A stretch of 64,000 bases of DNA from the NCBI RefSeq assembly GCF_009914755.1, contig NC_060944.1, one strand, 5' to 3'. Under the pieces are notes generated by a model. It searched no databases, was not told the origin of the DNA, and saw only the letters and a program-made list of their open reading frames with translations. Made by a program: the position numbers and the translations under genes. This document shows, in pieces, positions 47,951 through 64,000 of this stretch. This stretch comes from the human T2T-CHM13v2.0 reference genome, Homo sapiens. Within the stretch, counting starts at the first letter, position 1. Every line of letters starts with the position of its first letter.

Positions 47951-49568
47951 GCCCCCTCCCCCTCCCCCTCCCCCTCCCCCTCCCCCTCCCCCTCCCCCTC
48001 TCCCTCTCCCCACGGTCTCCCTCTCATGCGGAGCCGAAGCTGGACTGTACTGCTGCCATCTCGGCTCACTGCAACCTCCCTGCCTGATTCTCCTGCCTCA
48101 GCCTGCCGAGTGCCTGCGATTGCAGGCACGCGCCGCCACGCCTGACTGGTTTTGGTGGAGACGGGGTTTCGCTGTGTTGGCCGGGCCGGTCTCCAGCCCC
48201 TAACCGCGAGTGATCCGCCAGCCTTGGCCTCCCGAGGTGCCGGGATTGCAGACGGAGTCTCGTTCACTCAGTGCTCAATGGTGCCCAGGCTGGAGTGCAG
48301 TGGCGTGATCTCGGCTCACTACAACCTACACCTCCCAGCCGCCTGCCTTGGCCTCCCAAAGTGCCGAGATTGCAGCCTCTGCCCGGCCGCCACCCCGTCT
48401 GGGAAGTGAGGAGTGTCTCTGCCTGGCCGCCCATCGTCTGGGATGTGAGGAGCCCCTCTGCCTGGCTGCCCAGTCTGGAAAGTGAGGAGCGTCTGCGCCC
48501 GGCCGCCATCCCATCTAGGAAGTGAGGAGCGCCTCTTCCCAGCCGCCATCACATCTAGGAAGTGAGGAGCGTCTCTGCCCGGCTGCCCATCGTCTGAGAT
48601 GTGGGGAGCGCCTCTGCCCCGCCGCCCCATCTGGGTTGTGAGGAGCGCCTCTGCCCGGCCGAGACCCCATCTGGGAGGTGAGGAGCATCTCTGCCCGGCC
48701 GCCCTGTCTGAGAAGTGAGGAGACCCTCTGCCTGGCAACCACCCCGTATGAGAAGTGAGGAGCCCCTCCGCCCGGCAGCTGCCCTGTCTGAGAAGTGAGG
48801 AGCCTCTCCGCCCGGCAGCCACCCCATCTGGGAAGTGAGGAGCGTCTCCGCCCGGCAGCCGCCCCATCCGGGAGGGAGGTGGGGGGGCCAGCCCCCCGCC
48901 CGGCCAGCCGTGCCGTCCGGGAGGGAGGTGGGGGGGTCAGCCCCCTGCCCGGCCAGCCGCCCCGTCCGGGAGGTGAGGGGCGCCTCTGCCCGGCCGCCCC
49001 TACTGGGAAGTGAGGAACCCCTCAGCCTGGCCAGCCACCCCGTCCGGGAGGGAGATGGGGGGGTCAGCCCCCCCACCCGGCCAGCCGCCCCGTCCGGGAG
49101 GGAGGTGGGGGGGTCAGCCCTCCGCCCGGCCAGCCGCCCCGTCTGGGAGGTGAGGGGCGCCTCTGCCCGGCCGCCCCTACTGGGAAGTGAGGAGCCCCTC
49201 TGCCCGGCCAGCCGCCCCGTCCGGGAGGGAGGTGGGGGGGTCAGCCCCCTGCCCGGCCAGCCGCCCCGTCCGGGAGGTGAGGGGCGCCTCTGCCCGGCCG
49301 CCCCTACTGGGAAGTGAGTAGCCCCTCTGCCCGGCCACCACCCCGTCTGGGAGGTGTGCCCAACAGCTCATTGAGAACGGGCCAGGATGACAATGGCGGC
49401 TTTGTGGAATAGAAAGGCGGGAAAGGTGGGGAAAAGATTGAGAAATCGGATGGTTGCCGTGTCTGTGTAGAAAGAAGTAGACATGGGAGACTTTTCATTT
49501 TGTTCTGCACTAAGAAAAATTCTTCTGCCTTGGAAAAAAAAAAAACAAAACAAAACAAAAAAAAAAAG
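47951..49568 (+). mobile_element. SVA retrotransposon (SVA_F-like), 5' intact, SINE-R 3'-truncated
   Basis: (CCCCCT)n hexamers 47952-48010; antisense Alu-like domain ~48010-48370; GC-rich VNTR ~48370-49350; SINE-R ~49355-49533; then poly(A). Confidence 0.95.
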
Positions 49569-49843
49569 TGAAACTGTATACTCATTACACATTAACTCTC
49601 CATTCTCCGCTCCCCCAACCCCTGGTAACCACCATTCTACTTTTTGTCTCTGAATTTCACTACTCTAAGTGCCTCATATAAGTGGAATCCTACAATATTT
49701 GCCCTTTTTGCCTGCCTTATTATACTTAACATAACGTCTTCCAGGTTGACCCATGTTGTAGCTGTGTCAGAATCTCACTCCAGCCAGGCATGGTGGCTCA
49801 CACCTGTAATCCCAGCATTCTGGAGGCCAAGGCAGCTGGATCA

Positions 49844-50145
<302 letters not shown>

Positions 50146-52049
50146 TCAATGGACATTTGGGTTGCTTTCACCTTTTTGCTATTGTGAATAATGCTGCACT
50201 GGTATAAAAATATCTATTTCAGCCCCTGATTTCAGTTCTTCTGGGTACATACCCAGGTGTAGAATTGTTGAATCATATGGTGATTCTTTAATTTTTTGAG
50301 GAACTGCCATATTGTTTTCTACAGTGGCTGTGCCATTTTATACTCCCATCAGCAATGCACAAAGACTCCGATTTCTCCAAGGCCTTGCCAATACTTATTT
50401 TCTGTTTTGTTTTTTTTAATAATACCTATCCTAGTGTAGATGAAGTGGTATCTCACTGTGATTTTGATTTGCATTTATCTACTTATTAGTGATGTTGAGC
50501 ATCTTTTCGTATGCTTATTGACTGTTTGTATATCTTCTTTGAATAAATGTCTAATCAAGTTCTTTTAATCAAGTTGTTTTCTTGTTGCACTATAGAAGCT
50601 ATTTGTATACTGTGTATATTAAACCCATATCAGGTATCTGATTTGCAAATATTTTCTCCCATTTTGTGGGTTGCCTTTTTACTCTCTTGATAGTGTCCTA
50701 TTTTGAACAAAAGTTTAATTAATGTATTTAGAGACAGAGTCTTGCTATGTTGCCCAGACTGGAGTACAGTGGCTGTTCACAGATGCAGTGATTGCACACT
50801 GCAGCCTCAAACTCCCGAGCTCAAGCGAACCTCCCACTTCAGCCTCCCAAGTAGTTGAAACTATAGACATGGGCCACCAAGCCTAGCCAAAAGTTTAATT
50901 TTGATGAATTCCAATTTATCTATTTTTTTCTTCTGTTGCCTGTGCTGTTGGTGTCATATCCAAAAGATCATCACCAAACCCACTGTTATGAAACTTTTCT
51001 CCTATGTCTTCTAAGAATATTATAGTTTTAGCCCTTACACTTAGGTCTTTGATCCATTTTGAGTTCATGTTTGTATGTGGTATGTGGTCCAAATTCATTC
51101 TTTTGCATGTGGATATTCAGTTCTCCCAACACCATTTGTTAAAAAGACTGTCCTTTTTCCATTGAATGGTTTTGGCACTCCTGTCAAAAATCTTTTAACC
51201 ATATATATGAGGGTCTATTTAATTTGTTGAACATGTGGAATAAAATTAGAGTAACTTGTACTTACCTGCCCGTTTTAACATCGGTTTCAGTTGTGGGTTA
51301 TGCTTGCTTATTTCCCTCATTATGGATTGCATTGCCTGCTACTTTGTAGAACTGATACTCTTTGATTGGGTGCCAGACATTGTGAGTTTCACCTTGTTGG
51401 GTGCTGGATATATTTGTAATCTGTAAATCCTCTTGAGCTTTCTTCTGGGACATTTGAGTTACTTGGAAACGGTTTAATCCTTTTGGGTCTTGCTCACACA
51501 AGATTTTTTTTAGGCAAATCCAACCAGTGCTCATTCAAAAGCTAATTATTTGCCCTTAGTGAGGCAAGGCCTCCCTGAGTCCTCTCAACACCCCATGACA
51601 CTCAGCATGGCTGGTGGGAACAGACACAGTCCCCACCCAGTGAGCAGCGGGCACTGTTCCCTAAATCCTTCCTGATGGGCCTTTCCTTGGCCTGGGGTCC
51701 TTCCCTCTCACACATGTGCTCATCAGTATCCTTCTGGGTTTCAGGGATGCCTCCACAGCTCTCCAGGGGTCTCTCTCTAGGCAGCTGTCTCCTCTCTGGC
51801 ACTCTGTCCTACACACTTCTGTCCTACACACTTTGGTTACCTTGCCCTGACATTTAGTGCCATCTCCTCAACTCATGGTGTTCCCTGGCTCCACTTTAAT
51901 TCCCCCTCCCTGTGTTGCAGCCTGAAAACTCTCTCAAGGCTGGGGGCAATCACAGGGCTCACCTTTGTTTCCCATCTGTCTGGAATCTCTGTCCTTTATT
52001 GTTCAACGCCCAGAGCCTTGAAAACCACTATTTCATGTATTTTGTCTAG

Positions 52050-53139
<1,090 letters not shown>

Positions 53140-53499
53140 TGAAAGAGACACTCACACAATTGATGCTCAATCTCTCCTCACTCACCAAAGGAGAGTCTAA
53201 AGGGCCTGCCTCCTAGGAATCTTAGTTTGGCAGTGACTTGGCTCAACTTAAGGAACTTTCTAGGTCCAGAACCCTTGCAACTGGACCTGTGCTAGCCTAG
53301 AAGTCAGCACCCTCTAACCCTGAGGGCCATCATGGGGTGAAAGTGCCAGCTGTGAGGTCTCACAGAAAAGCCAAAGTGTGACTGTGAGCGCCTAGAGGCA
53401 GTGGTCTTAGCTTGCCTCTAGGCACTGGACATTATGAGCAGACATCCATTCCGCGTCAATGCTTGGTCTACCACTACCCTGCTCCCCCTTGCCAATAAC

Positions 53500-53850
53500 T
53501 AATTCAAGACTGGGCATGTGACCCAGTTCTAGTCAGTAAGGTATAGGACCAGGAAAATCTACAGTGGCTTCCTCCATTTTAAGAGGAGCCATGGTAAGAC
53601 ATAGTCTCCCCTCTCTGGAATTGCCATATTCCAGTGTGGACACTTGGGGCTGCTGCCACCATCTTGGCACCAACCTGAGGATGGAACTAACAAGAAGGAT
53701 GGCAGATCAGAGAAGGCCCGAGCCTGGACGCATCATTGAGGTGATGGATCAAATAGCCCCACTGCCTCAATTCCCCTCTGAATATTCATATAAGGAAAAA
53801 AGACTTAGTGGTTCAGTTAGATGCCACCAAAAGCAAAAGCATTGTCACTG
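53500..53850. mobile_element. LTR16-like ERVL LTR fragment
   Basis: gggcatgtgacccagttctag...gctgctgccaccatcttg...gaggatggaa. Confidence 0.5.
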
Positions 53851-54794
53851 AGCCAGCCACCTGGAGGGCTGGAGGTGCATGGAGGGGAGCACCTTAAAGG
53901 TACTTTTACCTCCTGCTAAGGAGTTTTGACTTTCTCCTTTGGATGAGAAAAGGGCCAATAGCTGTGAAAAGACATGCCTAAGGCCATGTAGGGGGAAGTG
54001 GCAAGAGCAGCCCTGCACAGGCCTATCAGCCTTCCAGCGGGTGCCTGATGCACTACAGCCCTGTGCCCCAGGATCCTGAGTCAGCTTTGATGGTGGGGCC
54101 TGTGGGTGGAGGCCTCAAAGTTCACCGACTCCAGTCAACGTTTAGTTCTCCTGCTGAGCAAGAGCAAGCAAGCACTGGGGACTTCCTTGAATTTTTGTGC
54201 TGAAATGGTATCCTTGGAGGAAAATATCAAAGTCCCCCGAGCTGTAATCAAGGCAGTTGCAGATTACAAGTAATTGCCATAGTTTCGGGACAGGTTTTTC
54301 TTGGATTTAAAAGAGCCTGTCCAAAGTTCCTTCCCGGGCCAACAGAACAGAACAGGGCAGGCACCTGAGACAGAGGGGAGCAGAACCCTGGGATCCAAGG
54401 CTTGTGTTTGCTCTCCACGCCAGAGCAGGAAGCCCCCTCTGTACCCTGGCCTCCTTCCTCCACGCTTGGAGCATGTGTAGGCCACGTGGCCATCTCTCTG
54501 TAGTAGGAGTCGGGAATGGGCTCCGGGACATTTATTGCCTCAATTCCAAGACTGCCTGGAAAAGGGTGGTACTGCCTTGGGCAGTAGAGAGTTCCTATCG
54601 CTAGAGATACAAACCCCAGAAGGGCCTTCAGCAGGCATCTGATGCCTTCATACATGCTGTCGCCTCGCCCACCAGGAAGACCCTCCTGAACCTCAAAGAT
54701 GTGACACATGCATTCATTCATTTCACAAAGAACTACTTGTGCCAGGTGCTGCTCTAGGTAAGGGGGATTTAGCAATGAATAAAACAAAGTGCCT

Positions 54795-59407
<4,613 letters not shown>

Positions 59408-61000
59408 TTAACCAAAATCAAGGGCTCTCCTCCTTCTACCATCTCTCAGCCATCCTGCCTTTTCAGCTGGCTCTGGTTCCTTTTGTACTTCCCTGCCAAA
59501 AGCACCCTCCACATTATTTTGTGATAAGGCCTCCCCAGGTCCTAGGGAACAGAAGATAAGGCCTTCCATGGGAAGGGGCCTGGGTATGGCCACTACCACC
59601 CCTTCCCCTAAAATGAAATGGAGACAGACAGCTCTGCAAGCAGGGGGAGGAGGGGGTGGGCAGCTCAGCTCTTATACCTAGAGGGGTTCGGACTTGGTGG
59701 AAGGGTAAGAAAGAGTTGGGGTTAGTCTAAAAGAACACAGCATAAAATGGAATATTAACTATCCCCGCTCTGGGGACTTCCTGGTCTCTCTGTTCAGCAG
59801 CCTTGGACTGTCCCCTTTGGAAGATTCTAGGCCTTGCTAAAGAGGGTAAGGTATAGGGGAAGAGAGAATGCTGGCAGTCTACAGGGCAAACCCTCCCTCT
59901 CTGGAGACGAAGAGAGGCAAACTGAACACGAAAGTCTTTCTTGTTGAGTTTAAGAAAAAATCTTTTTCTTCAGTTGTTATTTTTTGTTTCTAAGCCATCA
60001 TTTAAAGAAAAAAATGGTGTGAGATCTGGGTATGGATAGACAGGCCCCAGGACCAGGAAGACCCCCTCCCCAGCACCCACAGCTTGGCAGCCTAACAGGT
60101 AGAGGCAGGGGGGCTGGCAGAGCACCTGGATTCTGTGGGGTCCAGTAACTGGGGCTCAGGAGGGGATCCCATCCTTGCCCCTGCCTCACTCACATGCCCA
60201 GATAGGCCAGTTTGGCAGAGTTCCTGGGGATTAGGGGCTCTCCTGTGCATTGGCAGGTGGCCCACCTGGGTCCACAAGCGGCTATGGAGGTTCCTGTAGA
60301 CCTGGGGGCGGGCAACAGGGCTGATGGTGGTCTGGGCAAAACTCATGGGAAAGGAGATGGCTAGGCATTGGTGGGGCACGGCACAGACCCTCATAAGCTA
60401 GCAGCAGGCTGTGATGTCAGGCCACCGTGGGGCAGGAGGAGCAGTATGATCACAAAGAATGTGCTGTCCACTGCTTCATGCCCTTGACCTCACCCATGCC
60501 CAGCAGCCAGCTGTGTGCTCATCCTGCCAGATACCCAAGAGTCCACTTGGTGGTAGCCTGTGGTCTTGAGGCCATGGAATGTCCAAGCCTGGGTGGCACC
60601 CGGCACCAAATGAAGCCACTTCATCTTGGGTGATGAGACTCAGTTTGCCACAGCCAGGGTGTAGAGAGCTACTGTGAGCACGACCAGCAAGCATGCGAAG
60701 GCCGGCAGGCTGGAGTCTTGAAGCATAGGCCTCAAAGAGGCACTGTCCTCCAAGTAGTGACTTGTGGGTACCCTTGTCAAAAATGGCTGGGATGGCCACG
60801 GTCACAGGTCCATGCCGTAAAGATTATGGCAGTGCACATCCACAGCACTGGGTGCTTAGTGTAGACGCAGCGGCATGTGACAGCCACGTGATGTTAACAC
60901 AGAACAGCAAGAGGCCATATGGAAACAGTAGAGACTGGCCACGAGGGCCACAATTTGAGAGCTGAGTCCACCGAACCACGCAGAGCGGGAGTGCACAGAA

Positions 61001-61035
61001 CAGACAGCAGACAGCAGACAGCAGACAGCAGACAA
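61001..61035. repeat. (CAGACAG)n heptamer tandem repeat in the TSPY26P 3'UTR
   Basis: cagacag cagacag cagacag cagacag cagacaa. Confidence 0.9.
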
Positions 61036-61124
61036 CAGAGCGCCCACCATGGGCCTGAGCCCAGATCCGCCACCCGTAGGAGGCATGAGGAAGCTTATGT
61101 AGGCCGCACATCCCAAGGCAGCAC

Positions 61125-62192
61125 TTAGCCAGACTGGAACCCGTAGGGCCTAGAAGGGGTCTCCGTGGGCCACCTTGCGAGGCCTCCCCTGGCTCTGCAG
61201 GGCCTATCCCCCAGCAGGTAGTACTGCAGGGGGTTGGGCCACAGGTCATCTTTAATAATCTGGGCAACCCTGTCGGCCTCTGGGAGGCTGTGCTGTGAAA
61301 ACCAGCTGAAGAAGCTTCGGACAGTGTCCCGGTTCCTGTGTACGAGGGCCGGGGGTTCCTGGCCCCAGTGCCATCGGATGCGAGTCGCAATAGACACCAC
61401 TCGGCCTGAGGCTCTGCATTCATACTCCTTCACTATCACCTTGTTCTGGAAGTAGGGGTTGCTCCAAAAGCGGAACTTGAATTTGCAACCTGTCCTAGAG
61501 TGCCTGAGCTCCCTCACCTCCAAATTCATCAGGTAGCAGAGCATGTCTTCATCTCGAGGGCTGATCATGGCTGAGAGCTGCGGGTGGTTCAGGAAGGCGG
61601 TGACCCAGAAGCCCGGAATATTCTGGATGATGAAGCTCCTACGGGCGAGGTACAACCTGTGCATCCGCCCAAACCTGCGCTCGAGCGGGAGGTAGGCCCT
61701 GTCGGCCTGGGCGCTCACGGCCTCCGCCTCCCACTGGATGGCCTCCAGTGGGTCCACAATTAGGGCACCAAGGTTCAGGAGCCGCGGGCCCTCCTGGGCC
61801 TCCGCTGCCACCTCCTGCTTCTCCTCCCCCTCCTGCTGCTTCTCCACCTCCTCCGCTGGCTCCTTCTTGAAGATGGCGCCCTCCTCCTTGTTCGCGTCCT
61901 CGGCCTTCTCGCTGGCTCCCGCCCGAGTCCCTAGCCCCTCTGCACCACAGGTTTCTGGGGCTTCGTCCCGGACCCGGCCGTTTTCCAGGCTCGGAGTAGT
62001 CGCCGTGGAGGCCGCTTCCCCGCGCCCAGGGGAAGGGAAGGCGGTCCCGGGGCCCGCTGCGGGGTGGAGGGACCCGCGCCCCCCAGCTTCTCGGGCCCGG
62101 GCCGCGGGGACCGTGCGCGCGTCCCCCTCCCGGGCAAGGCCGGGCGGCGGGCGCGCCGCGGCTTCTGGGGTCCCCGCCCTCTTGTCCGCCAT
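61125..62192 (-). CDS. TSPY26P: TSPY-like 3 / TSPY26P intronless NAP/SET-family retrogene, intact 355-aa ORF (annotated as a pseudogene in human)
   Basis: ATG at 62192 in caggcgATGg; NAP domain LEAIQ...[20 protein letters not shown]...NPYFQN...[10 protein letters not shown]; ends GFQSG* like TSPYL1/TSPYL4. Confidence 0.88.
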   Translation of the reverse strand: MADKRAGTPEAAARPPPGLAREGDARTVPAARAREAGGRGSLHPAAGPGTAFPSPGRGEAASTATTPSLENGRVRDEAPETCGAEGLGTRAGASEKAEDANKEEGAIFKKEPAEEVEKQQEGEEKQEVAAEAQEGPRLLNLGALIVDPLEAIQWEAEAVSAQADRAYLPLERRFGRMHRLYLARRSFIIQNIPGFWVTAFLNHPQLSAMISPRDEDMLCYLMNLEVRELRHSRTGCKFKFRFWSNPYFQNKVIVKEYECRASGRVVSIATRIRWHWGQEPPALVHRNRDTVRSFFSWFSQHSLPEADRVAQIIKDDLWPNPLQYYLLGDRPCRARGGLARWPTETPSRPYGFQSG

Positions 62193-62500
62193 CGCCTGCG
62201 GGAGCCTCTGGCCTGGAGGGGCTCGGGGCGCGCTGGCGACTGCGGGCTCGGCGACAGGGGCGGCTGGTGGCGGGAGGACAGTGGGAGGAAGGCTCCGCCC
62301 CACGCGCCCCCCTCTCGGATGTGATTCGCCGGGGTCTCCCGCAGCCGGGGCGAGCGGCTTGGAAGCCCGGAGGAGGGGTACGGAACTGCCCGATGGGGAT
62401 GCGACCGCGGGCGCCAGACGAACTGTCCCCACATTCGTTGGCGCTGGCGGTGGAGGTGGGGAGAAGTGTGTACCAAGCAAGAGTCAGCTCGGAGCAAACA
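61650..62500. promoter_or_regulatory. CpG island over the TSPY26P promoter and 5' CDS
   Basis: Very high GC and dense CpG (cgcgcg, ggcggcgg) against a CpG-depleted background. Confidence 0.85.
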
Positions 62501-64000
62501 CCAGGGGACAGGCCCAGTCGCTGGTCCTGGACAAGTAAAACTTTCCCATCACAACCACCACGCCAGGCGATTGCTCAGTGTTCCCCATCTGCGGTGGGCA
62601 GGCAGGAGTCGCCCGGCTTCCACACTCGAGTGGCGCTTTGGGGCAGTTGTAGGACACTCTCGGCCTTACAGGGGATAAATTACTCAGGCACATGCAGAGG
62701 GCTTAAGAGGTATCTCCTGCAAAGACTGACCAGACTGAAACTGGGAGCGGCAGATAATGGTAATTTTCTGACACACAAAGGTGATCAACACGTTCATGTA
62801 GGGAAAGCAGGTGCTTGAAATATTCATGTGGGGAAAATAAGCAAGGTCAGAGTGGAAGGATCTGGGGTGAGAGAGGGTCTTAAATGCTACAAACCAGGGA
62901 GCGAGTGGGCATCTGCCTGGTTTCCCCAACAGGAGTTGGTTCCTCCTGGGCTGGTTGGCAGAAGCGAGGTGGACCTTGCTTCACTTTGTGCTAGGCCCAA
63001 AGGCTACCCTTCCAAAGGTGGACTCTAGCTTGAAGTGCAGGAACTGTACCTGGCAGGCTAAGAGCTGGATTGGCCAGCCCTCTTAGTCCTCGATCCTGCA
63101 AATCTGTGTTCCTGTGGTCTCAGCTCCCAAACTGTGGCCTATGGAGGTCAGTACCTCCAATCCCCCTCCACCTCTGCGTGGAAGTCCTTGCCACCTCTTC
63201 CAGAAAGCTTTCAGCCTTTTCCTGACAAATGGATACAACAGCTCCCTCACCTGAGCCCTCAGACCTATACTGTGGTATACACTCCCTAGGGAGCAAGGTG
63301 GATTTCCTTAGGGTCCTAGCTAGGGTTTTAACCTACTGGGGTGGACAGTGAACATTTGTCAAGTGGAAGGTCAAAAATGAAGGGTCAGCCCACTTCCTTT
63401 GTACATAAAACACCTGCACTTGTTAACGGCCCCATAGGCTCTTGGCTGGACTGCAAGTGACTTGCACTGCTTGGCCATAGACACTGGCTCCAGACCACAG
63501 AAAAGCCAGTTCAGTCTGAGCCCCTGATGGGAGGATCTCAGCACAAGGGCTGGCACCCAGGATGGTGGTAACGACCTTCATTAGAGACCACCAAAGTCAG
63601 GTGAAGCTATGTAAGCCTCTCAGCAGTCTGCCTGAACCCGGTGGTTGGGCACAAGTATAGGTAAGGTCAGGTCCTAGCTGTCACCAGCTGTACACCTTGG
63701 GCAGTGACTAGGGTGAACATTTGTCCTTTCTTGGACAACCAGCATCAATTCTTCATCTTAAGAGTGCCCCAAATTTCCTTTGAGAAACCACTCCTGTTTC
63801 AGTCTTGTTGTCACTGGCATATGGTAACTGGTTTGGGGATGGCACAGAATCCCATCAAGGCCAATGAAACAGGATGCTTATTGGGGCTTCTGTGGTGAGT
63901 CCTCTCCTGAGAGCCCAGAAAGGGTTGCTTCCTTCTGGCTGGCAATGTGTGAGAATGGCAGGTCTGGAATCCAGGCAGCATTCTGCTCACTCCCACACAA

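Noticed and set aside
48370-49350. Repeat array superficially like a CRISPR array
   Set aside because: SVA VNTR of related GC-rich units; no unique spacers, no cas genes, eukaryotic DNA
61738-62538. 266-aa plus-strand ORF antisense to TSPY26P
   Set aside because: Shadow ORF of a GC-rich coding sequence with low-complexity Ser/Ala/Gly content and no domain
62600-64000. Possible PLAGL2 3' end (known neighbour)
   Set aside because: No recognisable PLAGL2 sequence or clear minus-strand polyA signal here; probably beyond the window

Overview
Human (primate) genomic DNA, recognisable as the chr20q11.21 TM9SF4 - TSPY26P interval. The + strand carries coding exons 2-18 of TM9SF4 (5665-38082; exon 1 lies upstream of the window). 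All 17 exons have GT-AG boundaries and join in frame (1914 nt here, ending ...KIYAAVKID*), followed by a ~1.8 kb 3'UTR. A transposon-dense spacer (~40.2-58.4 kb) contains old L1M, MaLR/ERVL LTRs, many Alus, a disabled RSL24D1 processed pseudogene and a young SVA (SVA_F-like) nested in an Alu tail. On the - strand is the intronless TSPY26P/TSPYL3 retrogene, whose 355-aa NAP-domain ORF is fully intact inside a CpG island. The most notable observations are: the intact 'pseudogene'; two ~40-bp patches in TM9SF4 intron 3 that look copied from one nearby L2 element; a candidate 104-nt cassette exon that would create a UGAUG stop/start overlap at TM9SF4 Met18; and a prematurely polyadenylated SVA. 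There are no prokaryote-type systems such as CRISPR. Repeat family names and boundaries were assigned by eye and are approximate.
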